Translations under genes and position numbers: made by a program
Assembly: GCF_902713615.1 (NCBI RefSeq)
Contig: NC_052162.1
Location: 85,785,240-85,849,239, forward strand
Origin: Scyliorhinus canicula
Lineage: Eukaryota
Direction of reading: 5' to 3'
Length of the DNA: 64,000 nt
The notes under the pieces: generated by a model
What the model saw: the letters and a program-made list of their open reading frames with translations, nothing else
The model's database searches: none
Told to the model about the DNA's origin: nothing
Part shown: in pieces, positions 26,050 to 37,940 of the stretch
Layout of the letters: every line of letters starts with the position of its first letter
How positions within the stretch are numbered: position 1 is the first letter of the stretch

Positions 26050-27780
26050 GGCCATTCCACCACACGGTGTCATCAAATCACTGGGGTGACGGTGATGGCA
26101 TGGTCAGTGAAGGGCAGGGGGGGATCCAGGCCACCCACAATGTCCGCTCATTGACTGTGTCACCACCTTCTGGGTTTGTGTCACATCAGCCAGTAACTGC
26201 GCCATCACCCTCTGGGACTGGGCCACCTCCCTCCATGCCTACGCCCTGTTGGCCAGCACCTGGGGAATGCCGCCGATGTCCCCATCATGGCCTGCTGTGA
26301 CTGGGCTATGCTCAGGAGCGCCACTGCGATTTCCAGGTGGCTCTGGCACATGGTTGCATGTGGGACAGCAACCCGTCCTGGGTCTAGGCCTGCACCTGCA
26401 CAAAATGCCCGAGGCCTTGGACAAGCTGATCCATAGCTAAAGTCGCCGATCCGATGCCTCCTCCGCGGACACCACTGGCCTGGGTGGCACGCATGGCCGG
26501 TACCAACTCCTACTCCTGCACGTGGTTGGACTCCTCCAACTGCACCTGCAGGTGCTGGATGCACACCGACATCTCCTCACGTAGTCCCTGGCTCTGTGAC
26601 TGCATCTCCACAGTCGATGGCACTTTCCGTTCCAGAAGCCTGAAACCCATCTGGACGGCAGCCAGACTCTGGGGTCGGCCTGCCCTCCGACCATCCGCCC
26701 CCGAGGGAGTTCCTACTTCCACCTGCTGTGCCGGAGCAGCTGCGTGGCACGCACCAGATAGTGTCCCAGGAGCCCCTTCACTAAAGTGCCTGAGCAAGTT
26801 GAGTGCCTCTGGGATGGTGGAGGGTGTTGGAGATAGCTGTGACAGGAAGTCAGTGTCGTCCTCAGACTCGAGCTCTGGGGTGTCCTGAGTCTCGGGTGGA
26901 GGGCTGGCGACTGAGCTGCTCTCATCGTCGGTGCTCAGCTCATAATGGGGGCTCCGGCTGTGGTACTGGCTGGGGGCGGGGAGGAGGTGCTGTAAAACAC
27001 AAGACATGATTAGCATAATTAGACCGTGTGCCGGGGGAGTGGGAGTGGTGGGGGTGAGGGTGTGGGTGTGGTGAGGGTGGTGTGCGGGTGAAGGTGTCGA
27101 TGAGGGTGGTGTGGGGGTGAGGGTGGTGTGGGGGTGAGGGTGGTGTGGGGGTGAGGGTGTGGGTGAGGGTAAGGGTGGTGAGGGTAGTGAGTGGTTGATG
27201 TTTGGGGGGGGGGGACGTTGAAACACGTGTCATGGGGAATTGCAACTCAGCAGGATTTCACTTCCTCACCGTGACCGAAATCCACCCCGGCGCCCTCACC
27301 CTCACTTTCCTCCAAGCTGCCAACCACATCCAAGGCCCTCTGCTCCGCCTTGGCATGTCTGGCGGTCCCCCTCCAGTCTTCGCCCGCTCCTGGTGGTTGT
27401 GGGCGGCTGACTCCTGGAGGGTCGGGGTCAAAAAGAAAACGAGAGTTAGAGTCCAACACATGCAGGCCAGGGGGTGGGTAGTTGGTGGCCTCAGTGGCCA
27501 GGGCACCCAGCCTGGTTGGCCCGTATGGGTGCCGGCATGTGATGCAAGGCGGGGGATCTGCCGCCCTCTGGGTTGTGAGGGTGTAGGGTTACGGATGTGT
27601 GGGTGGGTGGTTGGTGCCATGGGCACAGTTATGTTTACTGGCTGCACAGAGGAGGTTGTCCAGTTTTTTCCGGCTGTTTTTACTGGCCGGTCCGGATGGT
27701 GTTGCCCACGGCGCTGACGACCTCTGCCACCTGCGCCCAGGTACGGCGGATGGCGGAGGCTGGCACCCTCCTTCCCTTCC
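26050..27780 (-). pseudogene. spliced Harbinger Myb/SANT (NAIF1/MSANTD4-like) gene
   Basis: Exon 1 WAQVAEVVSAVGNTIRTGQ; exon 2 ESAAHNHQERAKTGGGPPD (about 27270-27415, AG/GT bounded); exon 3 acidic/coiled-coil after a TTTTACAG acceptor. Confidence 0.8.
27040..27190. repeat. (GGGTGAGGGTGGTGTGG)n tandem repeat in the Myb gene intron
   Basis: About 17-bp unit, directly visible. Confidence 0.8.
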
Positions 27781-28100
27781 GGTAGCACAGTGGTTAGCAT
27801 TGTCGCTTCACAGCTCTAGGATCCCAGGTTCGATTCCAGGCTTGGGTCACTGTCTGTGCGGAGTCTGCACATTCTCCTCGTGTCTGCGTGGGTTTCCTCC
27901 GGGAGCTCTGGTTTCGTCCCACAGTCCAAAGACGTGCAGGTTAGGTGGACTGGCCATGCTAAATTGCCGTTAGTGTTCAAAGGGGTTGGATGAGGTTGCC
28001 GGGTTACGAGTATGGGCTTAAGTTGGGTGCTCTTTCCAAGGGCCGGTGCAAGCTCGATGGGCCGAAGGGCCTCCTTCTGCACTGTAAATTCTATGTTCTA
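27781..28100 (+). mobile_element. HE1-type V-SINE
   Basis: Head lacks its first bases; V-domain and (TTCTATG)n tail. Confidence 0.9.
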
Positions 28101-28625
28101 TGTACCATAGAAAGTATCCTACCTGGCGACATCACAGCCTGGTATGGAAACTGCTCAGCCCAAGACCGCAAGAAACTACAGAGAGTTGTGAACACAGTCC
28201 AGTCCATCACACAAACCCGCCTCCAACCCACTGACTCTCTCTACATTTCCCTCTGCCTTGGGGAAGTGGGCAGCACATCCAAAGACCCCTCCCACTCAAG
28301 CCCCCCACCTGGGTTATTCTCTCTTCCAACTTCTTCCATCGGGCAGATGATACAAAAGTTTGAGAACATCCTACAATAGAGTGAAAACCAACTTCTTCCC
28401 CGCTGTTACCAGACTCCTGAATGGTCCTCTTATGGACTGAACTGATATTTCTATGCATCCTCGCATACATTTGTAGCACTATATTTCATATGCTTCACCC
28501 TATGTCTAAGTTTATATATTTACATCGTGTGTTCATCTTATATTCTATGTTTTAATGCATGGACTGCAGAACAGTACTTCTCACGGTACCTCAGTACATG
28601 TGACAATAAACCTTAAAATTAAAAT
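28101..28625 (+). mobile_element. Rex1/Babar LINE 3' end
   Basis: CTIESILPGDITAWYGNCSAQDRKKLQRVVNT; ends ATGTGACAATAAA. Confidence 0.85.
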
Positions 28626-28764
28626 CCTTTCCTGTCCTTTTAAGTTGCTTCTTCAAACTGGCCCCATTGACCAGGTTTATTGATTACTCGTCCTTAAATC
28701 AATGTAGGTGTTCAGTATCAAATTCTGCCTGTAACACTCTTGAAAATTGTCTTGGGACAATTTT

Positions 28765-29356
28765 ATTTTTATTCATTCATGGGGTGCGGGCCTCGCTGGC
28801 ATTTGTTGCCCATCCCTAATTGCCCTTGAATTGAGTGGCTTGTTCAGCCATTTCAGAGGGCATTTAAGAGTCAACCACATTGTTGTGAATCTGGAGTCAC
28901 ATGGAAGCCTTCCATGAAGCATATTAGTGAATCAGATGGAATTTGGTTACAACAATCGACAATGGGTTGATGGTCATGATTGGACTTTTTTTTAATAAAT
29001 TTAGATTACCCAATTATTTTTTCTATTAAGGGGCAATTTAGCGTGGCCAATCCACCTACTCTGCACATTTTTGGGTTGTGAGGGTGAAACCCACGCAGAC
29101 GCGGGGAAAATGTGCAAACTCCACACGGACAGTGACCCAGAGCCGGGATCGAACCTGGGACCTCAGCGCCGTGAGGCGGTTGTGCTAACCACTAGGCCAC
29201 CGTGCTGCCCATGATTGGACTTTTAATTCCAGATGTTTAATTGAATTCACATTTCATCATCTGCCATGGTGGGATTCGAACACGGATCCCCAGAGCATGA
29301 CCCTGGGTTGCTGGATTGCTAGTCCAGCGATAATACCACTGGGCCTCTGCCTCCCC
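28765..29356 (-). mobile_element. MetaSINE-like SINE interrupted by a V-SINE
   Basis: tRNA-like head GGTTCGAATCCCACCATGG-like; core and tail as at 17320. Confidence 0.7.
28990..29210 (-). mobile_element. V-SINE variant with poly(A) tail and about 14-bp TSD
   Basis: TSD ATGATTGGACTTTT on both sides; same tail as the 8645 copy. Confidence 0.9.
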
Positions 29357-29399
29357 TACTACATTAAAAGCACTATATAAATCCAAGTCGGTGTTTTGG

Positions 29400-29586
29400 T
29401 GACGTCAGTTCCAGATTTTGAGTATAGATTGTAGATCACTGGATTGTTGTTAACTATAGGTGTAAGTGGCCGAACGTTAATAAGTAGTGTAAATAAAAGT
29501 TAGCTTTGTTAATAAACTTAGCTTCTGTGGTCTTTGTGAACACTACAACATCCATCCTGAGAACAAGAATCACAAAGAACACCACA
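29400..29586 (+). mobile_element. LTR 3' fragment
   Basis: AATAAA and terminal AAGAACACCACA, like the 3581 and 19462 LTR ends. Confidence 0.5.
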
Positions 29587-30569
29587 GAGGGAGCAGAATC
29601 AATAGGAACCTTCAACAGGAAATTGGGTGCACACTTGAAAAGAAAACAGTTGCAGGGCAATGGGGAAAGAGTGGAGGAGTGGGAATAATTTCAAAGATTG
29701 ACACAGGCCGGATACACTGAAGGTATCTTTCAGTGCACAGCGAGTCAATGGGCTGAATTTAACAGCAGCCCCCAATTCTGCCAGCAGTGTGTTGTCAGAC
29801 AGGAGGGGAGATAGAAAATTGGGCAGTCTATAGAGCACCATTCCCTGCACCTAAATGCCTGCCCCACTCTCCCGCAATTTTACACAAAGTGGGGGAGGTT
29901 ACCTTCACACCACATAAGTGCCAGGTAATGACCATCTCCTAAAGAGAGGATCTAACTACTGCCCATTGATATTCAATGGCTTTACCATCGCTGAATCCCC
30001 CACAATCAACATTCTGGAGGTTAACATTGATCAAAAACTGAACTGTACTATCCATATCAATACAACGGCTATGAGAGCAGGTCAAAGCTAGGGGAGCTAT
30101 CTTCCCAAAAGGGAACAAAGTTTCCAAGTGAGCGCGTTTAGCCGCATGTTTCCCGGGAGTGGCAGTACCGAGAAACACATGGTTATTCACCGCGACTTGC
30201 TTTGAATAAGGGGTTTAAACGTGGAACATGCGGCCCACATAGCTCCGTTTCTTTGCACTTTCCTCGGTGTCTGGTTCCGGTGACTGTTGATGTTGGGGAC
30301 TGGATGTGCAGTCCCACCAATGGCCAAGCTCCTGGTTACACAGCTGGGACCAGTGAACCGCCAGCCATTTGATTAGACGCCAGCTGGGTGGGGTTGGAAG
30401 GCACCACCGCAATGACCCTCAGAGTGTTAAATGGGGGTGGTGATTGTCCCAGCCCAGCCAAAAATTCCAGCCTATCAATCTGTATCGCCTTGAATTGTGA
30501 GCATAATAAATGTCCATGAATTATATTGGTTGAATGATCAGGTTCATTTGAATATTTCCAAGAGTAATT

Positions 30570-30775
30570 ACTGAATTGAGTGCCTCCAATAATCGATAAT
30601 TAATGAAATAAATATTTCTGATTGTGATAATTAATGAATTGCATATCTCAATAATTGGTAATTAATTAATGAAGTATCTCAATAGTGACTAATTAGTGAA
30701 TTGGTTCCTTTCATTAGTTAACAAATTGAGCATTTACAATATTGGATAATTAATCAATTGACTACTTTCAATAGT
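30570..30775. repeat. degenerate AT-rich minisatellite, about 31-bp period
   Basis: About 7 units resembling GAATTG..TATCTCAATA.T.GATAATTAAT. Confidence 0.65.
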
Positions 30776-30786
30776 GCAAAGTCAAG

Positions 30787-31089
30787 ACGCACGGTAGCAT
30801 AGTGGTTAGCATTGTGGCCTCACAGTGCCAGGGTCCCAGGTTTGATGCCCCGCTGGGTCACTGTCTGTGCGGAGTCTGCATGTTCTCCCCGTGTCTGTGT
30901 GGTTTCCTCCCACAGTCCAAAGACGTGCAGGTTAGGTAGATTGGCCGTGCTAAATTGCCCTTAGTGTCCAAAAAGGTTAGGATGGGTGATTGGATTACGG
31001 GGATAGGGTGGAAGTGAGGGCTTAAATGGGGCAGTGCAGACTCGATGGGCCGAATGGCCTCCTTCTGCACTGTATGTTTTATGTTCTAC
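30787..31089 (+). mobile_element. HE1-type V-SINE
   Basis: Head, V-domain and tail. Confidence 0.9.
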
Positions 31090-32515
31090 AGTTAATGCTT
31101 CAAAAGACAAATTATCTTTGGTTTGATCCTAATTAGCACACATCTTAGCTCTTTTTTTCAAACCAAACACATCCTAGCCTCATTAATAAGATTCTCTATT
31201 TTACCATAACGCCTGAATTACTGCACTCAGACATTCGTTGTGAAATGATTCTGTTTTACATTTTCAGGAGTCACACTAAAGTCGCTGTCACTGGCAACCT
31301 GGTTCTCAAAGCTTATAAAAGAGTGCAGAGTGTCAGTTGTAGTAGAATAATAATGATATGTTTCCTATTCTGCCGATCTGGACTTGTGCACTAAAAAATT
31401 CACTGTACTTCCAACTATTTTGATTGACATAAATGACCCATTAAATTAAATGAAATAAACTGAGGTACAAATTAAAGGGGCAGTTCCTTAAAGGGAAACT
31501 GCCTTAAACAAAAAGTGGATCACAAATGAGACTTAAAACATCAAACCATGAGTGCAGTTGCAGCAGGAATGCTTATCAATTACATGTTTCCTCAAGCAGA
31601 AATACTTGACAGAAACTGATTGGATGATTGGATTATATCTTTCTCTTGAAAATAACACAGCTGAATACTTGTGGGGGGGGGGGGGGGGGCGGCGGCGGGG
31701 GGGGGGGGGGGTAGTGGTATCTGTTAACGAACTAATTAAGACATCAAAACTACAAAACATAGTCACAAGATTTGCAATAGAAAGGTTCTATGCAATGTTC
31801 ATTCCTAGTCGATATTGCTCACTCACCATACATGTCCAAACCTTGACTTTTACTGGGACTAATTGATTGATTTGATTTATATTGATCAGTGTAACAATTC
31901 ACAAATGATCTCGGTTGAGTAAAAAAACAAATTGAATTTGGTCTTGATCTTTATCAAGGACCATTGATTACTCATACAGAAAAAAGTGCCTTCAGCCTTC
32001 AAGATTTATTACTGCGAAGCCTGAACATAGCCCACAGGATTGGGCAAATGAGGCCTTGGCACAAAATTTATAATCAAATAATTGAAGGCCATAGCCAAGG
32101 CAGCTTCTTCTAACAAAAGCTGACTCTATGGGAACATCAAGGACACAGGCAATAGAAAACAATCTGAAAGTGCATTCATTTAAAACAAGAGTGGAGAAAT
32201 AGAGAGACTTGCCTGCTGCCTGGCAATTGAAATTGGAAACAAAAGTCTGTGATGCCAGATTTGTGGCATGTACCTAGCTTTCAGCACACATTTAAGAGCT
32301 TTGTTAACCTTTCATGTGCTAGTCCCAGGATTTGGACTGTTGGCGATGGACCTGAAAATCAGTTGTTCCTCTTCATAAAGTCAGGTATCAACAACCTGTG
32401 ATCCTGGGGATGTTAGGAGATAGATGTCACGGAGGGACTGAGACTTTGCTTTCCACATTTTCCATTATCTCAATATTCCACTCTTTCATGCATCAGATAC
32501 AGAAAGAAAGAGCCT

Positions 32516-33600
32516 GGCCGGAATTCTCCGTTCTCTGCCGCTAAGACCGATGGGGGTGCAGAATCCAGCGTTGGCCCCAAAACAGGTCAGCAGGCCCAGC
32601 CCTGTCTCAGGCACAGCCCTGCGCAGGCGAGAACATGGAAATTCAGATGATGAAAAAGTGCCAGCACGCTGCCAACGTACAGCCTGAGCAATTCCCGGCT
32701 CCACTGATGTCTGATATACTGGGATCGGGTTTTGAGTGTAAAGACTGACAAGCAGGAGCAGCTTTTAACCACTTACAACAGACGGTCAGATCAGCCAAAA
32801 GGTGGCGACACGCAGACCAGCCCCCAGAGTCTCGGAGTCGGAGATAGACAGATGCCATTGAGGAGGGGAGGGACTCAAGCCCTCCCTTCACAAGAGCACC
32901 ACGGAAGAGGCTGTCAGTGCTGGCAATCTCATCAGGAGGACAGGCACTCAATGCAGGAAGAAGGGGAACAACCTCTTTAGGGTAACTCGGATGAGTCATC
33001 ACCTCTGTACCCCTGGAATAACTCCTGTCCCTCACTCCTCACATCAGCTCCCAATCCCCTAGAGGCCAACAAAAGTCTACCTGTCTGCATCTCCCTTCCA
33101 ATCCATCTTCCAGCAAACACTAATACATGTATTTCCCTCTTCAGCAAGGAGACTTGCACACACATGCCATCAGCTATAGATCCACCCCATAGAACTCACC
33201 TTCCAGTGTTTCACTATGTTCCTTCGATGTCCCCAAAGATAAGGCGGCCCATATAAGTGAGTGAGCACCATAAGATTGGAGGGGGCATCTCGGACATTCG
33301 GGTCCATATCCCGTCAGAGGGGAGGGCCCTGCAACCTGTGGGGACAGCAAAGGAGAAGTGAGTAGGAGAAGGGGACAGGAGCAAGCTGTTTTGTGAAGCT
33401 TCATAGAAACCATACTTGAGATGGCATTGGTTTTATTAACTAGGTTGACACCAAAACTATGCGGCAAACCTAGCCACCTCCCACAGAAAGAGCAGAGTGC
33501 TCCGCTGTGCAATCACCCACACTTTTTTGGTGTGTGATGGGTGTTTGATGTTCTCTGTTTCCCTGAGTAGCTATGATGGAGTTCAGCATGCAGAAAACAA
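32516..33600 (+). mobile_element. Harbinger end with decayed Myb/SANT gene
   Basis: TIR GGCCGGAATTCTCC; AVSAGNLIRRTGTQCRKKGNNLFR followed by a GT donor (about 32905-32982). Confidence 0.7.
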
Positions 33601-34045
33601 GTGAGAGTCCAGTGCAGTGCAGATGTCCCTATAGCAAGAAGATAGCGAGGGGGAAGGGCACACCTATTGTAAATACACATAATTAAACACATTTTACACC
33701 ACCTGTCCTAACTGCCTCTGACCTCTGTGTCAAAGATGTGAAGGATGGGCTGGAGCTGGGTGTTGTGCAGTGGCTGAGTGGGCCGGGGAGGGGGAGGGGT
33801 GTGTGCTATCATATTCTGACATCCCCACCAAGAAGTGACAGGACATGTGGGCAGCATGTCTAAAAGGGAATGACTAAAAGGGAAGGAGTGAGAGGCTCAA
33901 GAGAAGGTGTATTTTGTGTGGGGTGGGGTGGGGGGGGGGTTGAAGCTATTTAGTTTATCACTTGCAAAAAACTATTATCCACCTCACACCTCTTAATCTT
34001 GTATAAATAAATATATGCACATTGAACAAAAACTCTTCAAAGAAA

Positions 34046-34192
34046 GAAAGCGACGCTTCAGAAGTAGCTCTGGCGGCCACCCTGAACCAAGCGGGCAGAC
34101 CCGTGGCCTTCTTCTCCAGAACTCTCCAGGCTTCCGAACTCCGCCACCCATCTGTGGAAAAGGAAGCCCAGGCCATAGTCGAAGCCGTGCGA
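34046..34192 (+). mobile_element. isolated Gypsy RNase H fragment
   Basis: ESDASEVALAATLNQAGRPVAFFSRTLQASELRHPSVEKEAQAIVEAVR, uninterrupted. Confidence 0.9.
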
Positions 34193-34200
34193 AGAAGGCT

Positions 34201-34559
34201 GGGGCAGCAGGGTAGCATGGTGGTTAGCATAAATGCTTCACAGCTCCAGGGTCCCAGGTTCGATTCCCGGCTGGGTCACTGTCTGTGTGGAGTCTGCACG
34301 TCCTCCCCCTGTGTGCGTGGGTTTCCTCCGGGTGCTCCGGTTTCCTCCCACAGTCCAAAGATGTGCGGGTTAGGTGGATTGGCCATGCTAAATTGCCCGT
34401 AGTGTCCTCATTAAAGTAAGGTTAAGGGGGGGGTTGGTGGGTTACGGGTATAGGGTGGATATGTGGGTTTGAGTAGGGTGATCATGGCTCGGCACAACAT
34501 TGAGGGCCGAAGGGCCTGTTCTGTGCTGTACTGTTCTATGTTCTATGTTCTATGTTCTA
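34201..34559 (+). mobile_element. HE1-type V-SINE, full length and apparently young
   Basis: Intact CpGs and a (GTTCTAT)n tail nearly identical to the CR1 3' end at 44010-44064. Confidence 0.95.
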
Positions 34560-35119
34560 AAGATCAGGTTGCTAGGTAATAAAAATGTCAATCAGACAAT
34601 GCTAGCACTCCCCTTTGCTAGTAAGTAAACAGACTCATGCTGGGATGAATCCGATAGTCATTCCTGGAGCTCACCAAACATTCATAATGAGGCGATATGG
34701 AAGACAGGTGTCTAGCCATCTTTTCAGCATGCTTCTATGCTGTAGTTCTTTATAGCGTGGGCATGAGTACATTTATAGCCTTGTACAACTGTACAACTCT
34801 TAATGCAATCTGATAAAGGAGGCACTAACATGGGATCATACAGTTTGATCATCGGTCTCCACAAACATGAATTACTAATGTGCGTACATCTAAATTCACT
34901 ACTCCACTTTAGTAGGGTAATACCACCACATATTTTAGTTGTCCTATGACATTTAGCACATAATTCTTAAATGTTTGTTTCATCTGATTTGGCAGAATAG
35001 GCTGAGAGGCTGAATGGTCTGCTCCAGTTCCTTTGTTTCTAATTTTTCAATCTTACTCCAGGAAAAAAATGTTACAAAATGCCCACAGTCATATCTCTCT
35101 GCCTGTGGCATATGCGGTT

Positions 35120-36065
35120 GATTCCCAAACAGGGAACATCAAACACCTATCACACTCCAAAATAGTGTACAGTGGAGCACTCTGCTCTTTCTATGGGAGG
35201 TGGCTACGTTTGCCGCATAGTTTTGGTGTCAACCTACTGAATAAAGCCAATGCCATCTCAAGAGCGGTTTCTATGAAACTTCACAAAACAGCTTGCTACT
35301 GTCCCATTCTCTGCTTCTCCATTACCAATGAACATTACTTACCCATTCTTTGTGTACACCTTTCTGTCAGATCCACCATAGCAGCAGAGAGTGCAGGGAT
35401 AGGAAGTGGAGGAGGGTAATATGTGGATCATAGTGGAGGAACAGAGATATATCTACTTCCTTGTGAACTACAATGACGATAATGAAGATGAGGGGGAGCG
35501 ATGATGAAGAGGAAAATGAAGATGAACTTAAAGCCCAACTGTGTATTTTTGCAGAATCCTATGTACGAGCTCCCACAAACACACCTCCTGTAACACTTGC
35601 TCCTATATTACCCTACATCATTAAGATTTGATCACCTGGGGGACTTTGTTAGCAAGGATGTAGTACTGGGTGATTCATCGAGTACAAGTTGGAGTAATGA
35701 GGAATGATGTGTCAACTATTCAGTTGACGTCAAAAAGAAAGCACCCCTTAACTTTGCAGTTATGAGAGCAAGATCTCATGGGTGTCTCCAATGCCTCGAG
35801 ATTCATCCTCCAGCAGATCACTAGGTAGACTGTGTAGAGGCCCTGATGCAGTGGTGTGTAAATCATAGAACAGGATGCTACTGGTTCTCCTCAGTTACCA
35901 GCGCTCTGACTCCCTTCCCCACCACCTCACCATTGCCCATGAACAAGGTGGTCCAGACCACTGAAGCCCATGTTGAGATGGCGCAGCCTGATGTGGTCCT
36001 GATACAGTCTACGGCCTCTCAAAGGCATTGCGGAAACATCACTGAACTGCCTTCTTCATATTCTA
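35120..36065 (-). mobile_element. decayed Harbinger Myb-gene region
   Basis: 35120-35320 is an inverted homolog of 33370-33570; weak RRT...DL motif near 35860-35900. Confidence 0.45.
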
Positions 36066-36413
36066 AGCAACATGTACCTCACCTATTACTGCCACTGGAG
36101 TTGCACTAATCAACAAAGTTGGCAAGAATACTGAAAGGATAGCCAGCCAGTTTAATATTTATCGGTTGTGTCATGTTTCCCTAAGGTGTTTTTGATATTG
36201 GTAAAGATGGTAATTATTTAGTTGCCTCTTTATTTGGAATGGAAGCGAGAACTAAGACACCCCAACCTGATAATCAGGAAATCAACCACAGTCAAGAAAG
36301 GACTGTAGACGCCTCTCTTCATTGGAGAGAGACAATTGGTTATATAAAGGTTTGAGGGCACCACTCTGCAGGTGTGGGGCAAAACTGTGAATTGCCACAG
36401 CCGGTATGGGGAT

Positions 36414-36667
36414 TGTGATACTGTCAATTCACTGTGAGACAGTGAGAACGAGTGAACATTAGGCTTTAATATCCATGAACTCGCCTGCCAGAGTCGGCTG
36501 TACAAATGAGTGCCACCGACAGGTGGCCGGACTATATAAGGCCCCGGTGAGGGCGGAGCCAGTACAGTACCTGAAAGTAGCCCATATCATCACTTCCAGG
36601 TCATGGGTCACATTATTATACAGACAGTACAGACAGCTCATGCATTAGGTGAAGTACATTCGCCACA
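36414..36667 (-). mobile_element. solo LTR inserted in a tRNA-SINE remnant
   Basis: TG...CA with perfect TSD GGGAT. Confidence 0.85.
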
Positions 36668-37664
36668 GGGATTGAGCCTGTTCAATTTGTGTCATTCTGC
36701 TTCACACACGAAGCATCCAGCCAGCTGAGCTAACCACCCTGACAGCCCAATCCAAAGTCACAAAGAACTTTAGGCCCCAACCTCATTCCCCTCATTCTGA
36801 TCACTGCCAACAAAATATCCTGATTCACAAGGATGCACACAATCCTGTCACATAGCATTATGTTAACAGATTCGATGTATGAATGTAGGGCAAGAGTTAA
36901 AAGTACAGCACCTTGGTGGTTTGTAAAACTCGGCAAAAGAATTGAGCGTCTCAAAAGAATGCTGAAATCTTTCAGCTGGATGTTTGAAAAATGATTTCAA
37001 ACACAATTACTTTTGACTCAGTCATCTGACAAAAACTCTGAGAAGACCTTTCTTATATCTTTGCTGCATTTTTGTTTTCATTGTCTCCAGAACTCAATGC
37101 ATTTCTAAAACGTCTAGACGGAAAGAATATACCTTATATTTTGCTTGTCTATAAACTGCAAATCACAGCCAAGGACAGACAGTGACAGTGTTTGCATCTT
37201 TTAACTTTTCTAACCCTCCGAATTTGTCACCTACCCCTTCGGTTCCTTTGCAACTGAGAGTGTTTTTGACTGAATCCAGGCAGTTGTTCTTTGTTGATCT
37301 TCGATGGATGCAAATCTAAAGTAGATTAAGAGCATTATCAGGAACAAAGAAAAAATGAACACATTAAGAACGTTCTTGAAAGGAAAATGAATCATAAGGG
37401 CCATTACTGCTCCTTCATAAAATAGGAGCGAGTAGACAATGAACACTGTAACGCATGACACAGAGAGCTGTAGAATTTCTTCAAAAACAACACTAAATGT
37501 CGAACCTTTCTTCCACTTCCTGGGAGGTTTAAATGACCCTTAGAGGATAGTTTTGTCTGACTGTACACATTGCAGTGCTTAACTGTAAATAATGACAAGA
37601 TTGCACTCCTGTACTTTGGTAGTAGTGATATCAGTAGATTTGGACTTAAGTGACCTCTGTTTAG

Positions 37665-37940
37665 ATTTCAGAGATTTCTAGAATACTCACTGTTGAAGTA
37701 TCTCGCAAAGAACAGGACTGTGGTTCGGACAGAGGAAAGCACCAGAAAAGACTTAATGGGCGAAATTAATTGGTGGTGTCCAGCAGCGTTCTATGAGTCA
37801 ATGGAACAAGACCTGAAAATGATCCAGACATTTACACTGGGATCCTTTTATTTCCAGTTTGAGAACCAGTCCAAAGACATAATTACTGAATTACTTCAAC
37901 AAATCAACAGTGCCAAACAACCATTTCAATTCAAACCAAA
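37665..37940 (+). CDS. candidate coding exon of an unidentified gene
   Basis: CTCTGTTTAG acceptor, 276-nt open frame (FQRFLEYSLLKYLAKNRTVV...EINWWCPAAFYESMEQDLKMIQ...), AA|GTAAAT donor, non-repetitive island; no homolog recognised. Confidence 0.3.

Larger units (their letters stand above)
23644..27780. mobile_element. two-gene PIF/Harbinger transposon, right end lost
   Basis: Left TIR GGGCGAGATTCTCC; convergent transposase (+) and Myb/SANT (-) genes. Confidence 0.9.

Noticed and set aside
30570-30775. Regularly spaced about 31-bp repeats as a possible CRISPR array
   Set aside because: Vertebrate DNA, no constant repeat with unique spacers and no cas genes.
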